From: Nitrosopumilus sp.
Lineage (GTDB): Archaea > Thermoproteota > Nitrososphaeria > Nitrososphaerales > Nitrosopumilaceae
Length of the DNA stretch: 32,000 nucleotides
Direction: 5' to 3'
Assembly (NCBI RefSeq): GCF_025699125.1
Contig: NZ_JAILWC010000004.1
Span: 63,374 to 95,373, forward strand
The stretch's first letter is position 1. Each line of letters opens with the position of its first letter. Below the pieces are notes generated by a model. That model worked only from the letters and a program-made list of their open reading frames with translations, was not told the origin of the DNA and did not search any database. The translations under genes were made by a program, and so were the position numbers. Below, piece by piece: positions 16,635 through 24,429 of this stretch.

Positions 16635-17908
16635 TGTTTCACCGATTTTAATGCTGCATCATATGCATCAAGTGTCTTGTTTAGATCATTTTCAGTGTGA
16701 GCGTCAGATAGAAAAACTACTTCAAACTGCGATGGCGCAATGAATATTCCCTTTTTCAATAATGCTCTGAACATTTTTTGAAATTTCTTAGAATCTGCTT
16801 TTTTTGAAGTTTCGTAATTAATCACGGGTTTGTTTGTAAAGAAAATCTGAAACATCGATGCGGTAAAGTTAATTTGATGCGCAATATGCATGTCAGTGGC
16901 CATATCATCCAATGCAGTGGTAAATAAAAGATTGAATCTCTCAAGTTTAGAGTAGAGTTTGTTTTTCAATTTGTTTATTGTCTTAATTGAGCTAATTGCA
17001 GCACTAACAGATATAGGATTTCCAGCAAAAGTACTTGCCTGATAGACTTTACCCCCAGGTGACAACAAATCAATTATTTCTTTTCTTCCACCAACTGCAG
17101 CAATTGTAAAGCCATTGCTGAGAGCTTTGGCCATAGTAGTAATATCAGGTTTAATTCCAAAATGCTCTTGAGCTCCACCAGGAGCTACCCTAAATCCTGT
17201 AACTACTTCATCAAAAATTAGCGGGATGTTGTTTTCTTTAGTAATTTTTCGCAAATCATAGAGAAAATTTTTTTCAGGCAGAATCAAACCCATGTTAGCT
17301 AAAATTGGTTCCACGATGACTCCTGCAATGTCTTTATTTTGTTTAATTGTCTTTTGAAAATCTTCAATGTTGTTGTACTGTACAACCAAAGTATTTTTTG
17401 AAACTTCATCTAAGCCACCATCTGAAACAGAAATGCCATTATGTGCCGAGCCAGATCCTGCTTTTACTAATACAGAATCATGTGCGCCATGATAACATCC
17501 TTCAAATTTGATTATCTTTTTCTTTTTTGTAAAACCACGTGCCAATCTAATTGCAGTCATTGTTGCTTCTCCTCCAGTGTTCACTAATCGAACTTTGTCA
17601 ATCGATGGAAAGTTTCCAATGATTAATTTTGATAATTCAATTTCAGCTTCTGTTGGAGTACAATAAAGAGTTCCTTTAGAAAGTTGATTTGAAACCGCAT
17701 TGATAATCTCTTTTCTTTTATGCCCCAACAGTAAAGCACCATATCCATTACAAAAATCAATATACTTTTTGTTCTCGACATCCCAAAGATATGCACCGCT
17801 TGATTTTTTTGTAAAGAATGGATATGGTTCAAAATACCTAACAGGGCTATTCACTCCTGACGGGATGACTTTCTTTGAATCTGAGAATAGTTTTGAATTA
17901 GTCATCAA
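16631..17908 (-). CDS. hemL: Glutamate-1-semialdehyde 2,1-aminomutase
   Basis: GVNSPVR N-terminal block, class-III aminotransferase body with FDEVVTGFR and a PLP-lysine region (TTMAKALSNG). Confidence 0.9.
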   Translation of the reverse strand: MMTNSKLFSDSKKVIPSGVNSPVRYFEPYPFFTKKSSGAYLWDVENKKYIDFCNGYGALLLGHKRKEIINAVSNQLSKGTLYCTPTEAEIELSKLIIGNFPSIDKVRLVNTGGEATMTAIRLARGFTKKKKIIKFEGCYHGAHDSVLVKAGSGSAHNGISVSDGGLDEVSKNTLVVQYNNIEDFQKTIKQNKDIAGVIVEPILANMGLILPEKNFLYDLRKITKENNIPLIFDEVVTGFRVAPGGAQEHFGIKPDITTMAKALSNGFTIAAVGGRKEIIDLLSPGGKVYQASTFAGNPISVSAAISSIKTINKLKNKLYSKLERFNLLFTTALDDMATDMHIAHQINFTASMFQIFFTNKPVINYETSKKADSKKFQKMFRALLKKGIFIAPSQFEVVFLSDAHTENDLNKTLDAYDAALKSVKH

Positions 17909-18280
17909 AATAGACTAAACAAGGTCATTATTATTCGTAAAAGATATGATTTTTAGAGTTTTTTAGGTATGGAATATCCAATTAAAGGATCATCAGATTT
18001 TTCTTGTTTGCACCAACAATTCGGACTACAATTTCTCGACTTTTCAGTCATCAAACTCTCCTTTAATGTTCTTCCCATCATTGCAACCAAGATGATTCAC
18101 TTGCGTGGATTCACGTACAGCCTGTTTGATGATGTCCGCTACTTCTTTTGACAATAGGAGTTTTGAAAATGAGGAATTGTCATGCTCAAGGAAGGGAGTA
18201 GCGCACATTAATCATACATATACAAAATTTGTTAAAACATGATTGTAATTATTTTCCATAACAAACTAAAAGTTTGTAAT

Positions 18281-18288
18281 CTATATAG
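18281..18288. promoter_or_regulatory. CTATATAG palindrome (fourth copy in the window)
   Basis: Read directly (CTATATAGA). Lies in the ORF-poor 17.9-18.5 kb spacer, 73 bp upstream of a 54-aa minus-strand micro-ORF. Confidence 0.3.
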
Positions 18289-18296
18289 AAAAAAGT

Positions 18297-18419
18297 TCAT
18301 CCAAGCTTGTTACAAATATCGTCACAGTTTGGACAAAATAATATATCGTCTGCAAACTTTCCACGTCTTAAAATCTCGGTTTCATTATTTCCACATTTTT
18401 CACATTGTATTTTTTGCAT
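18297..18419 (-). CDS. Small zinc-ribbon protein (40 aa), not in the ORF track
   Basis: My translation is MQKIQCEKCGNNETEILRRGKFADDILFCPNCDDICNKLG*. It has two CxxC knuckles (C6/C9 and C29/C32) plus C36. Confidence 0.45.
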   Translation of the reverse strand: MQKIQCEKCGNNETEILRRGKFADDILFCPNCDDICNKLG

Positions 18420-18493
18420 TAGACTAGGTATTTTATTTTAGATCTAAAAAAATAACCTAAAGGATTTATGGTAAATATGTAAATAGAAACAAT

Positions 18494-18661
18494 TTACATA
18501 GTTGACGAATTAAAACCATATTCTTGTTTACAATCATGAAATTTCGGCAATGATTTTCCATTACAATTATGACAGACATCTTGAAACAAAAAATTACAGT
18601 GCTGGCACTTTAGATGATTTTTTATAAACCAACCACATGTTCTACAACATTCATCAGGCAT
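18494..18661 (-). CDS. Small cysteine-rich (multi-CxxC) protein
   Basis: MPDECCRTCGWFIKNHLKCQHCNFLFQDVCHNCNGKSLPKFHDC.. has 9 Cys in about 45 aa, arranged as CxxC pairs. The ATG at 18661 overlaps the end of the upstream gene by 8 nt; the ORF is open up to 18694. Confidence 0.55.
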   Translation of the reverse strand: MPDECCRTCGWFIKNHLKCQHCNFLFQDVCHNCNGKSLPKFHDCKQEYGFNSSTM

Positions 18662-19073
18662 TATATATTTGAGAATTCTTTGATACCCAATCAAAATCTC
18701 TTAGTACAAATAAAATTCTCTTTGCAAGATAATTAGGAATTACATCTAAATCACATACAACTAAAATTAATCCTTCAGTATATGGGAAAATTAATTCTAA
18801 GAAAGTTTCTCTTTGTACAATTATGAAATTGAGTGGTCCAACTATATCATCAAATTCTTTACTAAGTGATGTTTGAAGGGTTCTTTGCATGAAAAACATC
18901 TCAGTTTCAGATTTAGACAGTTTTGTAAGAATACTATCATTACGAAATCTGGATTCAAAGACTCGCCCATTGTAGTTAATTGAAGATACAAAAAATATCC
19001 GCTCATTGGACTCCAAGATATCTTCACATAGGCGTGAAATGGCTAAACTTTGTTTAAAATCAGATGATATCAT
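18654..19073 (-). CDS. Hypothetical protein (139 aa), possibly a Roadblock/LC7-like alpha/beta fold
   Basis: Clean ORF, co-oriented and overlapping with the Cys-rich ORF. The alternating pattern (..IFFVSSINYNGRVFES.. ..LNFIIVQRETFLELIFPYTEGLILVVCDLD..) is reminiscent of Roadblock/LC7, but this is only a visual impression. Confidence 0.4.
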   Translation of the reverse strand: MISSDFKQSLAISRLCEDILESNERIFFVSSINYNGRVFESRFRNDSILTKLSKSETEMFFMQRTLQTSLSKEFDDIVGPLNFIIVQRETFLELIFPYTEGLILVVCDLDVIPNYLAKRILFVLRDFDWVSKNSQIYNA

Positions 19074-19156
19074 AACTAGTATTAGCAGAACAAAGACTAA
19101 AGCAGTAAGTAATTAGATTCGATAAAACTCCGTAGTCTATGTAGTTGACAGTATGG

Positions 19157-19840
19157 CTATAATTCTCGTTTTCTTTGCATTTGAAATTTTTTCCTAAACA
19201 AAAATGCAACGATAATTGTTCCAACATAAGGCGCACTCCAATATAGCCAAAGATTTTCCAGCACTCCAGATAACAATGCAGGAGCCAATGCCCTTGCAGG
19301 ATTCATTGACGCACCAGAAATAGATGCCAAGAAAAAGATATCCAAACCAACAATACCACCTATTGCAACTCCACTAAACCCCTTCAATCCTTTCGTGTAC
19401 ACTACAGTAAAAATAACTGCCATCAATAATGCAGAAGCCAACACTTCAACGGGAAATATTAAAAATAGTGAATAGTCATAGTTGGGAGCATTTGCACCAA
19501 GGTTTGCTTCTTTTCCAATAAACGTCATTACAAATAAAGAACCAAGAATTGCGCCGATTATTTCTGCTGCAAAGTACCACATAATTTGAATTTTTGATAT
19601 GTGTCCTGTAATGTAATATCCTATTGTGACTGCAGGATTAAAATGGGCAAGAGATATTTTCCCAAAAGAATAGACCCCTATAATTAACGCAATAAATGGA
19701 GTAACTGCAGCAAACCAAATTCCATAGTAACCTCCAATTTGAACGTCATAGACTATGGAGCCAGTTGCAAATATTACAAGAATAAATGTTCCAATCAACT
19801 CAACTGCAAATATTTGAAGATTAGAATAAGCCATGATCAT
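19157..19840 (-). CDS. MIP-family channel (aquaporin/aquaglyceroporin), probable arsenite channel by context
   Basis: Two NPA boxes (HFNPAVT and SMNPARA) and six predicted TM helices. Four-nt overlap with arsC. Confidence 0.85.
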   Translation of the reverse strand: MIMAYSNLQIFAVELIGTFILVIFATGSIVYDVQIGGYYGIWFAAVTPFIALIIGVYSFGKISLAHFNPAVTIGYYITGHISKIQIMWYFAAEIIGAILGSLFVMTFIGKEANLGANAPNYDYSLFLIFPVEVLASALLMAVIFTVVYTKGLKGFSGVAIGGIVGLDIFFLASISGASMNPARALAPALLSGVLENLWLYWSAPYVGTIIVAFLFRKKFQMQRKREL

Positions 19841-20238
19841 ACATCTAATTTTTTTATGAGATTCAAAACTTCATTTTTAATCTGATCACGAATTTCTCTT
19901 ACCTGTTCAATGTCTTTGTTTTTTGGATCAGTTATATCCCAATTAATTATATCTTTGACAAAAAGTGCAGGGCATGATTCTTGATCCATACAACCCATAT
20001 TCACGGTAATTGATTGATCAATCATTTCATTTGTCAACACTTTTGGTTTTTGTTTTGCAATGTCTATTCCAATCTCTTTCATTGTTTGAACTACTAGTGG
20101 ATTAAGTTCAGATTTGGGTTGAGTTCCAGCACTTATCACATCAAAATGGGGAGCAAACTCTCGAAGAAATCCTTCTGCCATCTGGCTTCGGCCAGCGTTT
20201 TCTACGCACACAAAAAGAACTTTTTTCGGCTTAGCCAT
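19837..20238 (-). CDS. arsC: Arsenate reductase, LMW-PTPase (thioredoxin-coupled ArsC) family
   Basis: P-loop VLFVCVENAGRSQMAEG (CX5R-S), and a downstream Cys pair in NMGCMDQESCP equivalent to the Cys82/Cys89 relay of Bacillus/Staphylococcus ArsC. The preferred start is MAKPKKVLFVC at 20238; the ORF is open up to 20262. Confidence 0.8.
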   Translation of the reverse strand: MAKPKKVLFVCVENAGRSQMAEGFLREFAPHFDVISAGTQPKSELNPLVVQTMKEIGIDIAKQKPKVLTNEMIDQSITVNMGCMDQESCPALFVKDIINWDITDPKNKDIEQVREIRDQIKNEVLNLIKKLDV

Positions 20239-20257
20239 AAAATCAAATAAATATTGG

Positions 20258-20283
20258 TTCATATAAATTTAAATTGATATGAA
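20258..20283. promoter_or_regulatory. 26-bp near-perfect palindrome (TTCATATaAATTTAAATTgATATGAA) in the arsR/arsC divergent region; candidate ArsR operator
   Basis: 12 of 13 positions are self-complementary by hand check. It covers the arsR ATG (20279) and the upstream in-frame ATG of the arsC ORF (20262). Confidence 0.45.
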
Positions 20284-20578
20284 TGGAATTAGTCTTTTAA
20301 AATGTATTTGTGATGAAACAAGGTTTGGAATTCTAGAGTTATTGCAGAAAAACAAAGAATTGTGTGTAAATGATTTTGTCGAGAAATTAAAAAAAGATCA
20401 ACCGCTAGTATCCCACCATCTAAAGACATTGAAAAAATGCGGTATTGTCAAATCAAGAGATGAAGGAAAAAAGGCAATGTATTCAATTTCAAATAATCAA
20501 TTATCAGTGTTAATATCAAGTGTTACAAATGCAAGTAAAAAAATTCCGGTTTTGTGTTCTGAGGATTCTTGTTGTTAA
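20279..20578 (+). CDS. arsR: ArsR/SmtB-family transcriptional repressor
   Basis: Winged-HTH pattern (ETRFGILELL....ELCVNDF......QPLVSHHLKTLKKCGIV..R.EGK...YS) and a C-terminal Cys cluster, LCSEDSCC. Confidence 0.85.
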   Translation: MNGISLLKCICDETRFGILELLQKNKELCVNDFVEKLKKDQPLVSHHLKTLKKCGIVKSRDEGKKAMYSISNNQLSVLISSVTNASKKIPVLCSEDSCC

Positions 20579-20877
20579 AACTTTTCAGTCCTAACAACAC
20601 CAACATCACTAACATAAAGTACAATAGCAAAATTCGCAAACAGCGTTCGGGATATTTCCTCAACAACATCAGATAATTTCTCTTCACGCATAATTACTTC
20701 AACTTTAACATTTTTTTCATTTTTAAAACCCTGACCACGTAATCCACGTGCACCATTTCCATCAACCTCATAAGTCGTATATCCTGTTATTTCATGATTT
20801 TTTAAAATTTCAAGAATATTTTTTTGAGCAAGAATTTCACATACAATCGTAAGTAATTTTACATTGTAGAGTTTCAT
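20575..20877 (-). CDS. sbtB: PII-like signal-transduction protein (SbtB-like)
   Basis: 100 aa with a beta-alpha-beta PII-like pattern and a T-loop-like stretch, GNGARGLRGQGFKNEKN. ATGA overlap with the upstream transporter gene. Confidence 0.6.
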   Translation of the reverse strand: MKLYNVKLLTIVCEILAQKNILEILKNHEITGYTTYEVDGNGARGLRGQGFKNEKNVKVEVIMREEKLSDVVEEISRTLFANFAIVLYVSDVGVVRTEKF

Positions 20878-21959
20878 ATCCAGTCCTTTATGATATAATT
20901 GAATAAGTCTATCGATCCTTCTCCGGTGTGAACAATGGATGAGATTGCAAACATTATTGGCAATAATACAATGATGTTGTAAGGAAATGTAATTCCCAAT
21001 GCAGATGTAATGTAAAGACTAGGTTTTGCTTGAGGGATTGTATGACGCAATACTGCAGGCGCTGCAATAAACGAAGCACTAGCCAATAACAAACCAAACA
21101 TTACTGCACCACCAAGACTCAATCCCAGTGCGGTTGCAACTAAAACTCCAACAATTCCATTAAAAGTAGGCATGATTACTGCAAACGCAGTCAAAAAAAC
21201 GCCCACTTTTTTCATATCATCTAATCTTTGACCTGCAATTATTCCCATTTCAATCATGAAGATCACTATAGCACCAGTAAACATTTCATCAAAAACAATT
21301 TTGATTGAACTAAATCCATTTTCCCCAATAATGTATCCTATAATGATGCTTCCAAGCAGAATGACGATAGCTTTGCCAGTGATTGATTCATGTAAAACTT
21401 GAGACAGTTTTGTTTTGCTGCTTTGTATTCCAATTTCAATGTCAGAGGCATCATCTGTTGTAAAAGGTTTTTTCTTTACTTTGATTTGTTTTGAAACTGC
21501 CATGTTAGTCAAAAATATTGCCAGGATAAATGCAAGGGGTTCCAGTACAGCTAAAATAGCTGCAAGATACCCTTCTGATGAAACACCTTGGTTTTTAAGA
21601 AAAGATAATCCAACTGAAAAAGTTACAGCACCTACTGCGCCATATGTAGATGCTAAAGCATACGAATCAAAGATATTGAATTTTCCCAATCTTCTCAAAA
21701 TTTGGTAATGGTTTAACGTAAACAAAAGCGAAAGTCCAATTGCGGCCAACATTGGAATCAGCATATTCTCAAATCCAGTATTCCTCATTTCAATTCCACC
21801 ATGAAGACCAATTGCGGCTAAAAGATAGATTGGCAAGAATTCAGAAATTGCTTCAGGTATTTTCAAATCAGATTTTATTCTAGCTGCAATGATTCCAAAC
21901 AAAAAGAATAGGATAATTGGAGTAAGGAGGTTAGATTGAATTAATTGTAAAATATCCAT
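20874..21959 (-). CDS. sbtA: SbtA-like (Sbt_1 family) sodium-dependent bicarbonate/anion transporter
   Basis: ~10-TM protein with a central hydrophilic loop. N-terminal blocks SDLKIPEAIS and AIGLHGGIEMRN resemble cyanobacterial SbtA (IPEAIS ... GLTGG..IRN). Paired with the PII-like gene. Confidence 0.6.
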   Translation of the reverse strand: MDILQLIQSNLLTPIILFFLFGIIAARIKSDLKIPEAISEFLPIYLLAAIGLHGGIEMRNTGFENMLIPMLAAIGLSLLFTLNHYQILRRLGKFNIFDSYALASTYGAVGAVTFSVGLSFLKNQGVSSEGYLAAILAVLEPLAFILAIFLTNMAVSKQIKVKKKPFTTDDASDIEIGIQSSKTKLSQVLHESITGKAIVILLGSIIIGYIIGENGFSSIKIVFDEMFTGAIVIFMIEMGIIAGQRLDDMKKVGVFLTAFAVIMPTFNGIVGVLVATALGLSLGGAVMFGLLLASASFIAAPAVLRHTIPQAKPSLYITSALGITFPYNIIVLLPIMFAISSIVHTGEGSIDLFNYIIKDWI

Positions 21960-22006
21960 TGTAATATTTCAAAAAATTTTGGCCAGAATAAAAATTAATG
22001 TATGAT

Positions 22007-22666
22007 TCAGTCTTGTTTTGTATGTGATGCTATTCGTTCTTCACTAGGGCGGTGTTTTCCAGTAACTATGTAATTTATTGCATCACTCATGAATACGGCA
22101 TGATCACCAATTCGTTCCAAATATCTAAGCAATAGTGCCTCTGCCAAAGCACATTTTGTATTATTTGATTCAATTAGTTTTGGCAATCGTTCTTTGTATA
22201 TCCTATCAATTACTTTTTCATCTTCTCTGATTTTGATTGCTTTGCGAACATCAAGTTCTGCAAAAGACAACACAGCTTCTTTTATCATGTGTTTTACTTT
22301 TTTTGTGGATTCAATAAGTGAAGCATTGGTACATTTTGAGACATCACCAAACAAATCTCTAACTTGGGTTATATCATAAGCATATCTTCCAAATCTAGAA
22401 AAAGCATAAGATATTTCAGTGGAAGATCTTATGAATCTAAAATCATCTGCAACTGGCTGGTATTTTAAAAGCATGTCAAAGGTTAAATCTTCAACTTCAT
22501 AGTATTTTGAACGAATGGAATTAGACAATGAATGAACTTTATCTATTGTGTTTGTTCCATCAAGATAAGAGTCAATTGCAAGAGATATTGATTCGACTAC
22601 CATATCACCCATCTCCCCCATGATAAAAGAGAGTTTTTGAAGAGAAGGATCAATTAATCGAGTCAT
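22007..22666 (-). CDS. phoU: Phosphate transport system regulatory protein PhoU
   Basis: Two PhoU repeats with RFGRYAYDI and ERIGDHAVFM helices. Lies immediately after pstB. Confidence 0.85.
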   Translation of the reverse strand: MTRLIDPSLQKLSFIMGEMGDMVVESISLAIDSYLDGTNTIDKVHSLSNSIRSKYYEVEDLTFDMLLKYQPVADDFRFIRSSTEISYAFSRFGRYAYDITQVRDLFGDVSKCTNASLIESTKKVKHMIKEAVLSFAELDVRKAIKIREDEKVIDRIYKERLPKLIESNNTKCALAEALLLRYLERIGDHAVFMSDAINYIVTGKHRPSEERIASHTKQD

Positions 22667-23500
22667 TTATCCGAAATGCCCCTGTACATATTTTGCAGTC
22701 AAATCATTTTTTGGATCTGTAAAGAGTTTTTTTGTTTCTCTAAATTCAATTAGGTCACCCAAATACATGAAACCAGTGTAATCAGACACTCTGACTGCCT
22801 GTTGCATGTTATGTGTTACAATGATTATGGTATACTCTTTTTTTAATTCGGTAATTGTTTCTTCAATTTTTTGAGTTGCAATAGGATCGAGTGCGGATGC
22901 TGGTTCGTCCATCAATAAAACTTCAGGTTGTATTGCCAACGCCCGCGCAATACATAGACGTTGTTGTTGGCCTCCAGACAACTCAATAGCAGATTTGTTC
23001 AAGTCATTTTTTACTTCATCCCACAAATAAGCCATTTTTAGCGAATCTTCTACTATTTCATTTAGAATTTTTTTATCACGCACGCCGTTTAGTTTCAAAC
23101 CTGCTGTAACATTATCATAAATGGACATTGTTGGGAATGGGTTTGGTTTTTGAAAGACCATCCCAACTTTTCTTCGGTGATAAATAGGATCTATGGATTT
23201 ATCATAAAGATCAATGTTATCAATCATAACTTTCCCTTCAACTTTGGCATTTTTTGTCATATCATGCATTCTGTTAAGACATCGCAGGAAGGTAGTTTTG
23301 CCACATCCGGATGGACCAATAAGGGCCGTAACAGATTTTTCTTTAAACTTCATTGTAACGTTTTTGACTGCAGGAATCCCATCATATCTAATTGTGACAT
23401 TTTCTGCAACCATTTTGTATTTTTCAGAATCAACAACAGATGATGGAGTTGATGGGATTTGTTCTTCGGTGTTTGCAGGTTTAATACTCAATGCAGTCAA
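22667..23500 (-). CDS. pstB: Phosphate ABC transporter ATP-binding protein
   Basis: Walker [10 protein letters not shown], signature LSGGQQQR and Walker [13 protein letters not shown], plus the PstB-typical tail KYVQGHFG. Confidence 0.92.
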   Translation of the reverse strand: MTALSIKPANTEEQIPSTPSSVVDSEKYKMVAENVTIRYDGIPAVKNVTMKFKEKSVTALIGPSGCGKTTFLRCLNRMHDMTKNAKVEGKVMIDNIDLYDKSIDPIYHRRKVGMVFQKPNPFPTMSIYDNVTAGLKLNGVRDKKILNEIVEDSLKMAYLWDEVKNDLNKSAIELSGGQQQRLCIARALAIQPEVLLMDEPASALDPIATQKIEETITELKKEYTIIIVTHNMQQAVRVSDYTGFMYLGDLIEFRETKKLFTDPKNDLTAKYVQGHFG

Positions 23501-24429
23501 TTTTTAGCATGCATTCCTTTCTTAATTAATTGTCCGAAAATTCCTTGCTTTCCCTTCCTATTTGCAAAAAAGTATCTAACTGCCAGATTAATTCCCAGAA
23601 TTATTATAATTAAAACTAGAGCAGAACCCCAACCCTGTAATTGCGCACTGTCATAAGGCAGTAAAGACAATCTCCAAATTCTCAAAGGCAGTGCATCCAT
23701 TGGAACATCCATGCTGCTAAAGAATTGGCTGCTTCCAAGAATAGTCATAATTAACGGAGCGGTTTCACCACCAATTCTCGATACAGACAATAAAATTCCA
23801 GTAATCATTCCGCTTTTTGCAGCAGAAATTACAATTCTAAAAGTAATTACCCATTTTTTCAAACCCAGAGCAGTTCCAGCTTCACGATAAGTCACAGGAA
23901 CCATTTTCAGAGATTCTTCAGTAGTTCTTGCAACAATGGGGAACATGATTAAAGATAATGCAAATGCACCTGCCCATACTGAAAAATGACCAAGAAGTAA
24001 CACAATTACTAAAAATGCAAAGATACCAAGAACAATAGATGGGAATTCCATGAACACATCATTGAAGAATCTTATATTTCGTGCAAGCCTATTGTCGCCA
24101 TATTCAGATAGATAAATTCCAGACATGACACCTATCGGAACTCCAATTAAGCTTGAGAGCCCAATTATTATCAAAGTGCCCTGAATTGCAGGTCCAATGC
24201 CACCTTCACCAGAACCAATAGAGCCAGGTACTTCGGTTAAAAATTCATAGCTTATTGCAGCAAATCCATTTTTGAATACTTCGACTAGAATGCTTCCAAG
24301 AGGAATAATTGCAATTATTACACATGCAAAAACTATGATTCGAACTATTTTATCAACAACAAGTCTTTTCTCAACATTATTTTTGAATAGAGCCCTATAC
24401 TCTTGCCTTTTTTCATTAGTAGTACTCAA
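23497..24429 (-). CDS. pstA: Phosphate ABC transporter permease PstA
   Basis: Six-TM BPD-transporter permease with an EAA-like loop ([13 protein letters not shown]). Overlaps pstC and pstB by 4 nt each. Confidence 0.85.
   Translation of the reverse strand: MSTTNEKRQEYRALFKNNVEKRLVVDKIVRIIVFACVIIAIIPLGSILVEVFKNGFAAISYEFLTEVPGSIGSGEGGIGPAIQGTLIIIGLSSLIGVPIGVMSGIYLSEYGDNRLARNIRFFNDVFMEFPSIVLGIFAFLVIVLLLGHFSVWAGAFALSLIMFPIVARTTEESLKMVPVTYREAGTALGLKKWVITFRIVISAAKSGMITGILLSVSRIGGETAPLIMTILGSSQFFSSMDVPMDALPLRIWRLSLLPYDSAQLQGWGSALVLIIIILGINLAVRYFFANRKGKQGIFGQLIKKGMHAKN

Noticed and set aside
17985-18056. Possible C/D-box sRNA on the minus strand (TGATGA at 18047-18052 ... CTGA at ~17988-17991, about 55 nt between them)
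   Set aside because: The C box lacks the preferred purine context, I could not find convincing internal D'/C' boxes or a terminal kink-turn stem, and the boxes overlap micro-ORF stop and start codons. The evidence is too weak without a snoRNA scanner.
17969-18427. Plus-strand ORFs 17969-18151 and 18239-18427
   Set aside because: They are low-complexity and F/H/I/K-rich with no motifs. The opposite strand holds more protein-like Cys-motif micro-ORFs. I treat the region as mostly non-coding.
18498-19149. Repeated 8-mer TAGTTGAC (about 18498 and 19141)
   Set aside because: There are only two copies. One lies inside the stop region of a coding sequence. A chance occurrence is the more likely explanation.
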